From positions 83,018,001 through 83,082,000 of the forward strand of contig NC_043003.1 in the NCBI RefSeq assembly GCF_006345805.1: a DNA stretch of 64,000 bases, read 5' to 3'. A model generated the notes under the pieces. The model saw only the letters and a list, made by a program, of their open reading frames with translations. It made no database searches and was not told where the DNA came from. Positions 51,337 through 64,000 of this stretch are shown here, one piece after another. The stretch comes from Octopus sinensis (Eukaryota). The position numbers and the translations under genes were made by a program. How positions within the stretch are numbered: position 1 is the first letter of the stretch; the number at the start of each line of letters is the position of its first letter.

Positions 51337-51567
51337 GTATGTTTGTATGTGTGTATATATATATTTAGATATATGTAATACATTGTATGAACATGTATAT
51401 CGTCATACCAAGTGCGCATGCCTTTATGTGTGTGTGCGTGTATGTGTGTGTGAGTGAGAAAGAGAGAAAGAGAAAGAAAGAGAGCGTGTCTATAATTGTG
51501 TGCGTTTATTTAAATTGGGAGCAGTTATCTTCGAGACAATCTTTTTATTAAAATTATGATTTCATTC

Positions 51568-51606
<39 letters not shown>

Positions 51607-51784
51607 TATATACGTACATATATGTTTGTGTGTGCCTTTATGCTTCTCTCTCTCTCTCTCTCTCTCTCTATGTATATATACATACATACATATATATATA
51701 TATATCTGTATTATCCACACACGCAGACACAGATAGACAGACAGACAGTCAAACGGACAGACAGACACATAGACAGATAGATAG

Positions 51785-51850
<66 letters not shown>
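51100..51850. repeat. Compound (TA)n/(TC)n/(AG)n/(CAGA)n microsatellite field
   Basis: Direct reading. Confidence 0.9.
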
Positions 51851-51854
<4 letters not shown>

Positions 51855-53624
51855 TACATATATAATTTATATATTTCCTTTCGAGTTGTTTACTTACTAG
51901 GAAAATATAATTGTTTACAATTCTCCGTATGTAATGTTCAAAATTAATAAACATATCACACAGCTTTTAATAATAATCGTTAAGAGTACTTTTATATGTC
52001 TGCGTGTCCACGTTTTCAAGAAGCAGAGTATCAGTCAAGAATGCGACTGCTTGCGAATCTCGAATGGTAATTGTGTTAATTTCATATTTACCTAGGACAT
52101 ACGGAAACCAACACACGTCAAATAAACAAATACTGCTACTACATAAATAAATTATTCCTATATAAATAAATAAATTATTCCCAACCAATAGTATTTACAG
52201 CGATGTGGACCCACTTTGTTATAGTTTAACACTTTAACTTCAGACAACACATGACAGTAACAGGATAAGAAAATGTTGAAATCCAACCCGAATACTTAGG
52301 CTGTATGTCTGCATAAACTGCACTTAACTGGCCAAAGGTAAATGTACTAGTTTGTTTTTTTCTTTTTCTTTTTAAAGATCCACCTATGAGTTGTGCGTAT
52401 CTCATGAACTCTCTGATATACGGAAAGTAGTGTTTGATTTCTAAATTTCCATAATATTTAAGCGATCCGCATTGAGTTATGAGCAATGATTCTAATAACT
52501 CATTGGTCCATTTGAGTGCAGCTGCTCAAAAATACAGTCTAATGTAATAATTGTGGAGTTCATTTAAGTCGGAGAGGAAACCATCCCTGTGGAGCTATAT
52601 TCATGAAAGGAGTTAACCCAGCACACAGTTTATGAGACGCCGTTGAGTTTGACGATTTTGTAATGGCCTGTAGATGTGAGTTTTACGTTTTCGAAAGTAC
52701 ATGATTTATTAAGTAAAGTAAACCGACGTATGAACCATCTGAACCATCTCATATTCTTGTATGAACTGAAGTGTCTATGAACCAGCTCATAAGCTTGTCT
52801 GAATAATAGATATTTTAGGTTTAGCATATCATTTTTTGAATAAAATATTTTGTTCTAAGTATTTATTTAAGTACGGAGTATAATCACCGCTATGAAGTTA
52901 CATTGGTTTAAGTATCATATAAAAATATTAAGAATATGAAATATATTTGTCATATACTAAATCAAACACTATCTACCTAAAATGTATATCATACTGTCTA
53001 TGCCCTGAGTAATCTCTCGTACACGTGGGAAAAATGGTAAAACTGGTGTTTGTATATGCTTAAAAGAAATACGGAGATTGTTGTCATCTCAAATTTGATA
53101 GTTCTGTAGCATCTTTTTATTGAACACTTATGCGTAATACGCCCCTTTATTTTTTCATCCACTTGTACTGCTTCTCGACATCATTTAATTATCGAGTATA
53201 TTAAGAACATCATATCCGTTATTTGCCTCAAGGAAAATGTTTCATAGTAACAGTAAATTGTCTTTCATCTTTCCAGGATGGATAAAATGAGCACCAATTG
53301 TGTGGTGTCGATAGTGATGGCAATATAACTGGCTTCAATTTGAACAATAATAAGAATTCCGATATTAACAATATAAAGGCGTAGCATAGAAATAAAACAT
53401 GTAGTTTCAGTAACTGGGATTTATGGATGGATGGATGGATGGATGGATTTATGGATGGATATTTGTATGTATGTGTATAAATATGTAAGCGTATATTCAT
53501 GTGTTTATGTGTGTGTATCTATCTATCTGTATGTACGTACGTATGTATGCCTGTGTGTGTATATTATTGTATATATTTTGTAAGTGATGAGTTGGTAGTA
53601 ATTATTAAAATTTTCTTATAAAGC

Positions 53625-53930
53625 GACACGTTCCGGGTTCAAATTCCGCCACAGTCGTCTTTGCTTTCCATCTCTTTCGGAGTCGTTAAATTAAGTGCTA
53701 TATGAACACTGGTGTCAATGTAATCGACTAAATCCCTCCCCGAAAATGCTGGCTTTGTGCCAAAAATTTGAAACTGGTATTAACGGTGCTTCTGCCGTCG
53801 GTGCAGGCTTTGTTTCTTTTCCCTCCAAGGTCGATACATTGTCTATCAGTTGAACACTGGGATCGACGTAATCGATGTACTTCTTCCCTCTAAATCACTA
53901 GTCTTGTGCAAAGTTTCGAACGAATATTAA
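53625..53930 (+). mobile_element. Two decayed family E SINEs
   Basis: GGGTTCAAATTCCGCC..GAACACTGG..GTAATCGACT..GCTGGCTTTGTGCCAAAA, with a second shorter copy following. Confidence 0.7.
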
Positions 53931-56292
53931 AGGTAGTTGAAGAATCTTTCGCATCGAACTCTAGTTCTTTACATCTGCTGTATTCTTAAAGATTCTGCTT
54001 TCTGCAGTTCCACGTCACGTTTCCTTAGAATCTAATTTACATTTAATAAATATCTCTATTTTGACGTTAGAAGTGACAGAACAATTCCTGTTCTGCTGCG
54101 TAGATAACATATACACGATTATAAAGTAGACGGAAGCTTTTTAGAGTAACTCTTCGCAAGACGATGTATTGCTTAGCAAACTCCGTTGACGATAATTTCC
54201 GTTCTTCTGGTCACATAACTCACAAAACGAACAGCAATCGAGTTTAGCTTTCCACATTTGATGACTATGTAAAGCTAAAGACTATTATTCACTTAGCTCT
54301 AAATCGGAAGAGAGTAATAATCTTAAGTTTAATTATATGAGCTGATGGATATATTGTAGATAAATTTATGATCATAACTGCCGAAATTGTGAATATCCGT
54401 GTTATATATTGTACTTTTGTGTAGTACAAATTTTCAGGCATGAGGTTTTTCTCTCCAAAAGATCCTACTCATTCTTCATTTTTCTCAATATAACTGAATA
54501 CTATGAGCTCCAATATTTTTTCCATGCATGGTTAAGCAAGGGAAGAAATTATTAGAGACATTCAACCTTTTTTACGCAAGAAAAGATTTGACAATTCCTT
54601 CATTCAATAATATCTATAACCTTTCTTTCCTGTGCAAAGTGGGGCTGCGGCCAATTTTTAGAATTGATTTCTTCAAGAAAATCAATGTTAAAAAATTGAT
54701 GAAACTATCACCATGAAAATGGTAATATATCGCTGGCCTGAACAGCCTGATCTCATGTAACATTACAATGATTCTTGTGTACGTATGTGTTTATCTCTGT
54801 ATTTGCGTGTGAGTGTCTATGTATATGTGGTTGAGTGTCTCTGTATGTATATGTACCAAAAGGTTAATCAATATGTGTGAGTGTGCATGTACAAAAGGTT
54901 AATCAATATGTTTCATGTTCATATAACAACACAATTTCTGACATGTATTCAAGTGGTGCGAAACGTCATGTCAGAGGTAGTTTGCTACCAACTGGCTATA
55001 CATACTTATCTATTTCATATCACAACTGGTGAATAATAGCATTGTTGGATACCGGTTTGTAAATGCTTAATTATTTATACGGAAGAGTAATTGATTGTCT
55101 AACAAAGAGGAAGAAATATCATAGATTGTCTTTTTATTCGACAGTACCTATGTTGCAGTTCTTTCGTATATCTCTATTAGCGAAAGACACAAATAAACAC
55201 ACACACACACATCTACATAACAGAAATACATACATGCATTAATATTGTGGTGTTTTTCTGCACAGTTTTGGCCACTACTTAATTTTACACATAAGGCTTT
55301 TGTACTAAATATTTGCCCATAGCACTTCGTGGTGAGTTCGAAACTGCAGTCACATTATTAAGAAATGAACCTCTTAACTAAACAACTATACAAGTCAGCA
55401 TCTTTAGTACATATAGTACATATTGTCTTTATCACATAGCTTTCGCATTCTCTAACATTTAAAATTGGATAAAATTAAACGGTATTTTTATATGTAATAT
55501 ATATTTGTTTGTTTATTTCCAAAATATAATTTCTTGTACATAGTTGTATAGCTTTATGGCAGATTTTAAATATATACTTACAATCAATGAATAATATTTT
55601 ATCGATGAATAATTCATTATTAATAAATAATAATTTTGTTATTACCAATAAATAACAGCGTTGTAAATTAATAATCTTTGTACCATATGATTTCACAAAC
55701 ATGTACCATTTGATAATTTTGTCATATTAAATTTATCATGTATGTATTTATAAGCACATATACGTATGTATTCGTGTATTTATTAATATCGATATATTAA
55801 TTCATTATTACATCTATATTTCATAAAATAAGTGTATGTGTGAATCTGTGTTTACAGTTTATATACTGACATCAATATGTTATATACATATGTATTTATA
55901 TTTCAAATTAAAATACTATGCTTCGGACGTTATTAGTCATCGGAAGAAATGCAAATATTAACAAATGTTTTATCTTCAAGGATTTAATATCAATTTGTTA
56001 ATGAAAAGCTGAAGATTGATGAAACTTAGAAGAAATTCGAATATAACGTTAGATAATAATCATATATTTTGAACGAGAGTAGATTTGTAATGTGTATTGT
56101 TATAAATTAAGTTACATGTAACGTTTTGTCTTTATTTTCTATGAAGATATCTAGTGCCTTCCTTCTACTTCGGGTTTATATGTTGACTCAGAGGACAGAA
56201 AGCGCTATCAACAATCCTGAGACCTAGTCTGTATAATTGCTACATAGCTTGAAATCTATTGGCAATATATTAATCATTAAATTAATGATGTA

Positions 56293-56446
56293 GGCGTAGG
56301 AGTGGCTGTGTGGTAAGAAGCTTGCTTACCAACCATATGGTTCTGGGTTCAGTCCCACTGCGTGGCACCTTGAGCTAGTGTCTTCTACTATAGTCACCAA
56401 AGCCTTGTGAGTGGATTTGGTAGGCGGAAACTGAAAGAATCCCGTC

Positions 56447-56490
<44 letters not shown>

Positions 56491-56693
56491 ATACGTTGTG
56501 TGTCTGTGTTTGTCCCCCAAGCATCGCTTGACAACCGATGCTGGTGTGTTTACGTCCCCGTAACTTAGCGGTTCGGCAAAAGAGACCGATATAATATGTA
56601 CTAGGCTTACAACGAATAAGTCCTGGGGTCGATTTGCTCGACTAAAGGCGGTGCTCCAGCATGGCCACAGTCAAGTAGCTGAAACAAGTAAAG
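56293..56693 (+). mobile_element. SINE family B
   Basis: Full family B layout. Confidence 0.92.
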
Positions 56694-56722
56694 GCGTAAG
56701 GGATTAAAAGATTGAAATAAAA

Positions 56723-57616
56723 ACTTTGACATTGGCTTACTTCTACCGGTTGAAAACAGCGCTTGTTGTCAAATATCAACTGTTCAATGGTAGAAATGTT
56801 AGCACGCCAAACAATATGATTGACGGTATTTCTTCTGTCTTTACGCTGAGCTGAGGTCGACTTTGCTTTAATCCTTCGGGGTCGATCAAATTAGTACCAA
56901 TCAAGTACTGAGGGTCAATGTAATTGCTTCCCCTCCCCACCAAAATCTGCTAGCTGGGTGCCAAAATTAGAAATCATGGGGTACTATTATTGGGAATAAT
57001 TCGTAATTTGCTTTGAAACTTTCACAACGTAAGATAGATTAAGAATATATGTTGCTGCTATTTGTCAGACCCAAGACAGCTCCGATCATGGGCATTTTAG
57101 CCGTAATCGTCTTTTTTTAATATGTGTAATAATAATTGCAGTACATAGAACCACTTAGAAAATCCACATTAGTTGTTAACTGCGACTTGCATTTGTTCAG
57201 CTGACGATCAGGCATTATGGAACACAGCTATGATAAAAGGCGTTCCTCGTAGTCCTGGCTGACTTATCTCTTTTACGAGGCATGTATATCGAGCAATTCA
57301 ACATTATATAATATGCCTTTCTTTCTTTAAGGAATGTGATTTGAGGGAAATTTAGTTCTTCTTTTAGCAGATGAAGCTACCACTTAAAGACGTTCTCATT
57401 GTCTACTAACAAAATATATATATACATATTTGTCCGTAGTAGCATATTCTTCAACGTTAAACATGGTGATTGATGCAGCAAGTCAAGCTGTGAATAATGT
57501 AAAGTTAAATATATTACATTGATATTAACATGACAGTCGGATAGGGGCAATAATGCAGAATAAAATTCCTGCAAATCAAAAGATTTCAACCGGTAGAAGT
57601 AAACCAATGTCAAAGT
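56723..57616. mobile_element. MITE-like element bounded by 33-bp inverted repeats, with a nested family E SINE (about 56800-56975)
   Basis: ACTTTGACATTGGCTTACTTCTACCGGTTGAAA (56723-55) vs reverse complement at 57584-616, 1 mismatch; no TSD seen. Confidence 0.6.
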
Positions 57617-58439
57617 AACTCTATTCAAACAGAAAATCTGATGTATTAATTAGAAGAGATACGTATCATCTGAGAGTACAGAAATTGCTATATGTACATA
57701 TACATTTACATTTGAATGGACCACGTTCTATGACCTCTAACACTTCAAAAATAAAACAACTCGATACCGATATTGTCTACTCATCCCAATTCAGTCTGGA
57801 CATAGAAGTCTGGTTCAAAATGGAGACAATGTGTCGATATTGTTACTATGATTAAAATTTGTTTTAAGATAATTAACAAACTTATTTCTTGCCAGATTAG
57901 TGCCGCTTTTTTTTTTAGGCATTGTCGTGTATAAATTTCAATTCCCAAAATAACGAATCATTAAAATATCGTTTCTTTTGTCTGCTTGTCAGCTATAGTA
58001 CGCTATAATTACATAAATAATTAACTTGCTACTTTGTAGCTACAGTTACATTAATTGTTAACTTGCTACGCTGCTTTCAAATGAGTTTTTGTGTGTGAGG
58101 AAAGGTTAAACATTTCCGGGTGCATTAATTTCTACATATATTTTACATCATATTTAGCACTTATCCTGACCGATATATTTCTTTTAAAGGAAAATGCTTT
58201 GAAACAGGCACTTGGCAGAAGGTTATTTCGTCGATACCGCTCCACTTAAAACTAAAATTAAAACCACTGGACAATTCCCCCATCACTTCTCTAACATTTG
58301 TTGTTGACAATTAACAAACCTTTATCTACATATTATCTCTTTTTAAAACACAATCTCTGCATACTCTCCCTCGCCGACATACAATGCATATCTATTCCCG
58401 GGTCACTATCGTATAGAAAATACTGTTCAAATCTGGTGA

Positions 58440-58900
58440 ATATGTTGATATAAACTTCACTCTTATCTCTCGACAACAAAAACTTGCAGTTATTCTGACT
58501 AGTAATCTCCTTCCTCTCTCTCATTACTGCTAAGATATCTGCTTTATCTACCCTCTTCGTATTCGTCCAACCCACAACTCTTCGACTATATTTCTTTTAG
58601 CATCGAGTATATGTGTTTCACTTCCCCATACGATTAACTCATCATTGGGGGAGACTTCTGGGACAACAAAACGTTTTAGTTGTTACCTTACACACATCCC
58701 ATACTTTGCTAACAGTGCAAAACCTGAATCATTCACGATCTTCTACATTCTACAGCAACTATTTGCCTCTCAAACCCATATAGAAAGACTCAAAATAATC
58801 GTGATATCTTAATCTTCTCTAACCCAATACAACCTTGCCAATTCCATACCGTCTTTTGATTTCTCGGTTCATTTGATAACAATCCTAACCAGACGACCTG
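58440..58900 (+). mobile_element. Highly decayed LINE apurinic-endonuclease region
   Basis: LIIGGDF at about 58628-58648 and a DFSVHLI (SDH-like) motif downstream; many stops. Confidence 0.35.
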
Positions 58901-59214
58901 GCATACGTCCACATGATGAACAAAACTGATTCTCTAGTTCAGTGTTAAACTATGCCCGGTTAAACTCGCGCTCATCCTTCACCTACCAAAACCAGTAAGG
59001 TAGATAGTTGTAAATCTACCTCTTAGCAATGTCCATTAGAGGAATCTGCACATTTCTTATGCTAAACTTTTGGTCTACGTTGACGTTTTTTCATCAGAGA
59101 ACTATAGAATGCCCAGTTCGTGACAGTTTTTACCCATGTTAAGTAACACTTTGGTACGGAACAAAACGGATCAAGCTTGTGTCTTTCTATAGCACAAAGA
59201 CACAATCACTAAAT

Positions 59215-59570
59215 CTGTTAAGATATGTTTCTTTATTAGCCACACAAGGCTGCACTCAGACGGGACAGATTTCAAAGTAGATCTTTTATTTTGGGGAAGA
59301 AAAAATATTGGGGGTAGGTTTTCGATCAAAATGGATCGTAAAAGGGAAAAAACGATCAATAGGGATCGTGTATCCTGTTAAGATAAATAGGATACAACTA
59401 GAGTCCTCAAGATCACTACAAATGCTAGTCTCCACTATACCTGGGTATCTCTTCCGGCGAAAGAACATGTACAAAATAAACAAACACAAACAATCATCAT
59501 CTCTCTATAAAGATCACGTGGGTCTCATGTTGAATTAGACCAATAGATCTGGAACTGTGCTGATGCTGTT
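59215..59570 (-). mobile_element. Probable LINE 3' end/UTR
   Basis: Minus strand ends in AATAAAGAAACAT after a pyrimidine-rich UTR-like tract; coding similarity not convincing. Confidence 0.35.
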
Positions 59571-61429
59571 CATACATATTGCTATGACTGCATTCAAAGA
59601 AGCTTACTTCCTTTTATAACATACTGTTATGTGTTAATACATAGCTATATTTTATAACGTGCATTCATGAGTCATGGCCTTGTAGGTTATTAGACATAAA
59701 TAGTGTACCAATATTTCAACCATTAGCTCATTGGGCGGTTGAAGTTGAGGATGACAATGTTTTTGTACTGGGCGTTGAAAGCCTTCCACCTTGTCTTGTG
59801 TGATGTTTACGAATTGTAGCTTTCCAACGATTGTTAGCCAAGTCTAGAAAGCTCATCTTGAACACGTGAGATTTAGTATCAGACACGAATGTACTAGTTC
59901 ACTAAAAGTGAAGTGGTCCATTCAAAAGTAGTGATGCAATACCTTGGAGATTCCGGTTCCTGTAAAGACATAAAGTTAAAAGGATAGATTTTCCAATTGT
60001 TTGATATATGAGGGTATTAGTTTTCAACATTAGAAAATGGAAAATTGAATGAGACTTCAGTACAAACGAAAAGAGAACATGTACACGGACATTTGATACA
60101 CTAGAAAATGTAAACAAATCTTTAAATAACATACTACCTTCTTAAAGAAGGGAGGACACATCGGACGATGTGATTCAAGATACAATTTTTTTTACAAAAT
60201 TTGTGAATATATCTGGAACACTATATCCATCCTGTTAACAGGATAGATCTGATGTTCCAGCATCAACTACCAAATGTGTTCATAAGAATCGTTACAAGTT
60301 GACGCTATCTTTATAAGTAAAATTAGTTCAATATAATACTGAAATCTATTGAGTTTTCTATAAAAGAAAAGAATGAAAAAGATTCATATATAAGAAATTA
60401 AATAGTAATACCAGATAACTGAAAATATTATTTTTTATTGAAAGATAGTGAGTAGACATTGAAATATATAGATTGCATTGTATAGCAAACTTAAGCTTCT
60501 GTGCGGATTATGTTTCTTTCTTTTGGCAGATTCGGTGATTCTACTTGTTGAATTTAGTACGTAAATGACATACCCTAGTTTAGGTGAGTCTTCAAAATTA
60601 GATTAAATCCATGATACTATGTTGCTAAACGTTTCTCATATTTGTAAGCTACTTGTTATTTCTGTAGATTAAAGTTTGTTTGAAATCATGATAAATCAGT
60701 ACGTTGATCTTCATTAGAATCTAACATACTAGCAAAATATAATCCTCATATATCCTATGAAATCACGTTGCTGCAACAGCAGAGAGAAAAATATACACGA
60801 CAATATTTCTAACTTAACACAGAGAACTTCCACACAAATCTTGACGTATAATGTCTTTATAATATTGAATTCCTCGGTATTGCTTGTTGAATTTTTATAA
60901 GAAAAGAAAAACGAAAAAAAACTCACGTTCCACTTCTTACAACATTATTTTTTCTTATATTTTAGAAATTCAGACGAAACGAGTATTTCTTTCTCAAGTT
61001 GCTGTCATATTAGTCAACTACTACACTGAAATTAATTTCTCTTTAAACTACACGATTTTCTAAGACACTGCTTCCTTGTAAAACATAAAATACAAAGAAC
61101 GATACGTTCTAAAGAAATCACAAAGCAAAGTAAATATTATCGACCACAGATAACTGAACGAAATTTTAAATGTAGTGCAATTTATACATAATTACGTCTA
61201 ACAGCGTCTCTGTACTTTTTTGCAGTATTCTTGATGCGAATTACTGTGCTGAAACAAGGAAATGATATTCAACCAATGCGTGTGTTTATTATTATTAGGG
61301 TAAATACCCCACCAAGATACATCGAAATATTTATGCAATTTTGTTATAATTTTTGCAGAAACATACGCAAATACACACACCGTACATGTGCACAGGCGCA
61401 TCCAAGCACACAGACACGCACACAGACAC

Positions 61430-61478
61430 ATATACATATATGTATTATATACATACATTTATATATATACCTACATAG

Positions 61479-61553
<75 letters not shown>

Positions 61554-61555
61554 CA
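61430..61555. repeat. (TA)n microsatellite
   Basis: Direct reading. Confidence 0.95.
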
Positions 61556-61661
61556 CACCTATTACTCGAGAATTTAAATACGTTCCTTTCCTATCTGTCT
61601 CCATAGGTCCTGGATTTTGACGGTCGTGCACATGCCCTGTTTTTATTTCTTACTTCTTTAA

Positions 61662-62482
61662 ATGTGTATCTGATCAATAGGTATCCGGACTGGTGCTATA
61701 AAAACAAATTAGAACACGTGCCAATTTGGCATTTAATTTCCTTCAAATGACTCCTCTTCAAACGCCACACACTTAATCCAGCGCTGCTTCTATTGATAGA
61801 AGCATTCCTGGAACTCGTTTTATGCGATAATGAGCAGCTGCCTCGTTCCATTCACTTTGACGTCCTAAAATCTTCCTTTCGAGCGGGATTTGATTTTTGG
61901 AAAGAGGAAGATGTTGCAAGGAGCGAGATCTGGGAAATACGGTGGCTTTCGGACCTGGGGAATGCTGTGCCAAGCCAAAAACTGCTGCACAAGCTGCACT
62001 GGATTGAGAGGGTCGTTGTCATGGTGCAATAGCCATTCACCAGACACATGCAATTTTCCGATGAATAGCATCTCGCAAACGTTGCAAGACACCTATGTAG
62101 TACTCTTTGTTTACTGTCTGACCAGATGATGCATACTCATAATCAACAATCCTTTTCTAGTCTAAGGAAACGGTCATCAGTGTCTTGCGAGTCTCCCAGA
62201 AAATTCTTCACTATCGACATTCTTCTTTGTTTTGCCATCCTGGAAACGTCTGAATCACTCGTGCACTTGTGTGCGGCTCATACACTCCTCTCCATACACT
62301 TTCTCAACAAGTATCACTTAGTATTTGGCAAAATTTGATGCAAATTCTCTGCTCAATTTTCTCTGTCATGGTCAAAGCAACGATCACATGCTACACACGT
62401 TCCTTCCAAGCACTGCTATAAACAGCGGAAGTGAGTTAGTATGTTAAAACTTAGTGAGGATACTTATTGATCATAGCACATA
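61662..62482 (-). mobile_element. Internally deleted mariner element with TIRs
   Basis: TIR core TGATCAATA(G/A)GTATCC at both ends; minus translation MTEKIEQRICIKFCQ, IVDYEYASSGQTVNKEYY, WLLHHDN, PPYFPDLAPC. Confidence 0.92.
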
Positions 62483-62872
62483 TTAACTTATAGATTTATG
62501 TATTCCTGCATGCGCACAAATAAAAATGTATATGATTATTTAAATATGTAGATTTCTGGGAGTGGCTTCTCTACTCTGAACCATATAACATTATTTATGT
62601 ACAGTTATCGTATGCAAGGTAAGTTTTTCATGTATTTAAATGCTTTACGAAATAAAATTTTTAAAAAGCCCTCTTCCCTTCAAAGGTACAGAGGAAGCTA
62701 TAAGATGATGCACAAGCATTCAACCGTCTGTGCGTTGTCTTATACAAAGAACAGTAAGCTATTGAAGTCGATTATGCAATGTTCGTTCTCTTAACCAATT
62801 CACACATGGACACATACATATACACATATATATATATACATATATATATATTACTTAATGTACACAGTATGT

Positions 62873-63040
62873 TACGAGCTACTAAAATTTCCTTGCGTTG
62901 GAATCATAGTCTAGGCATATTTTTATAACATGCCTTGCGCCTCCAAGCAATCCTCAGACTCTCGACCTGTTCTATAAGATCTATATGGTAAACATGTCTA
63001 GATACATTTCTGCAAAGCAAGAGACTCTCAGTAGCTCGTA
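62873..63040. mobile_element. Small mariner-type MITE
   Basis: TACGAGCTACT / AGTAGCTCGTA termini (TA + CGAG as in mariner ends). Confidence 0.5.
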
Positions 63041-63189
63041 TCTTTCTACTACGTTCATTGAATTATATTTACCTCTCACTGGATGGAGTACTTTTTTATT
63101 GATCTTACCTTAATGAGAGAGTAAATTATGTGCGTGAATGTGTTTGTGCGCGTGCATGTGTATACACATTTTGTGAGAAAATTTAAGGA

Positions 63190-64000
63190 ACTACACAGAG
63201 ACATGAAAGCTCAGTTAGTCTTTAATGGTGAGCCATCTCACTAATTTTCGATGGACAACGGTGTCGAACAGGGAGATATTCCTGTCCTTACACTTTTCTC
63301 TACTTATCTTACCTATTTCTTTATTACCCACAAGGGGCTAAACACAGAGGGGACAAACAAGGACAGACATAGGTATTAAGTCGATTACATCGACTCCAGT
63401 GCGTAACTGGTACTCAATTTATCGACCCCGAAAGGATGAAAGGCAAAGTCGACCTCGGCGGATTTTGAACTCACAACGTAACGCAGACGAAATACTGCTA
63501 AGCATTTCGCCCGGCGTGCTAACGTTTCTGCCAGCTCTACTTATCTTACCGCATTGCTTTGATATGCTTTGCAACAAGGGAATCGGAATCAGATTTCGGA
63601 TATCAGGTCGTATTTAATCTGACGTGATTTAACTGCAACGCAAAGACTTTCAAAACACTTGCTAAAGAATTACTTTACGCTGATGATGTTGATTTGTTGG
63701 CGCACCCAGAGGGGAATATGCAACATACAATGGCCAGATTTTCCACTGCATGTGTACATTTCGGACTCACATTTAGTCTTGGGAAAACCAAAGTAATGTT
63801 TACTCCTTCGCCAGGACAATTATATTCTGAAACAAACATTTTTGTGAATGAAACAAATCATTGACCCCTTTGTTTACCTTAGGAGTACACTATCAAGAGA
63901 TGATGGTCTTGATGCAGAGATATCCTATAGAATCGGAAAGGGAAGTGTAGCATTTGGAAAGCTCGAAAAGCGAGTATGCACGGATAGAGGTATTTTAATA
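63190..64000 (+). mobile_element. RTE-clade LINE reverse transcriptase relic, interrupted by a SINE and running off the window
   Basis: FSMDNGVEQGD..LFSTYLT / KELLYADDVDLLAH..FSTACVHFGLTFSLGKTKVM..FVYLRSTLSRD..EISYRIGKGSVAFGKL. Confidence 0.9.
63314..63537 (-). mobile_element. SINE family A inserted in the RTE relic, 13-16 bp TSD
   Basis: CTCTACTTATCTTACC at 63298-313 and 63535-550 (CTC may be SINE microhomology). Confidence 0.93.

Noticed and set aside
52226-52486. ORF with EFMRYAQLIGGSL, faintly like the HDAC F.QL..GGS motif
   Set aside because: The match is too short, the downstream GGxHHA motif is absent and there are no suitable splice sites.
54937-54975. 9-bp hairpin enclosing GAAACGTC
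   Set aside because: No CUGANGA-like segment; most likely an ordinary hairpin.

Overview
Very AT-rich, repeat-saturated eukaryotic DNA, most likely intergenic or intronic. The tRNA-derived SINE families and long (TA)n arrays point to an Octopus-like cephalopod genome (inference from repeat content, not a database match). I can support no host protein-coding gene; most ORFs in the track are translated microsatellites or transposon debris. Recognisable content: several tRNA-derived SINE families (some with 11-16 bp TSDs), three decayed Tc1/mariner elements, RTE, R4/Dong and other LINE fragments, and the 3' end of a Penelope-like element (GIY-YIG ORF plus about 1 kb of 3' region). The main signal is RNA structure. 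Read on both strands, the window holds about 15 type I hammerhead ribozyme (HHR) motifs or relics in about 8 unrelated sequence families. Most have the palindromic helix III known from Penelope-type minimal hammerheads, sit next to (TA)n and often occur as head-to-head inverted pairs. The best case is a non-coding 555-bp unit with an intact HHR and a 67-bp terminal direct repeat (47272-47893), resembling a retrozyme copied from a circular RNA. All base-pairings were checked by eye; no folding, alignment or search was run.
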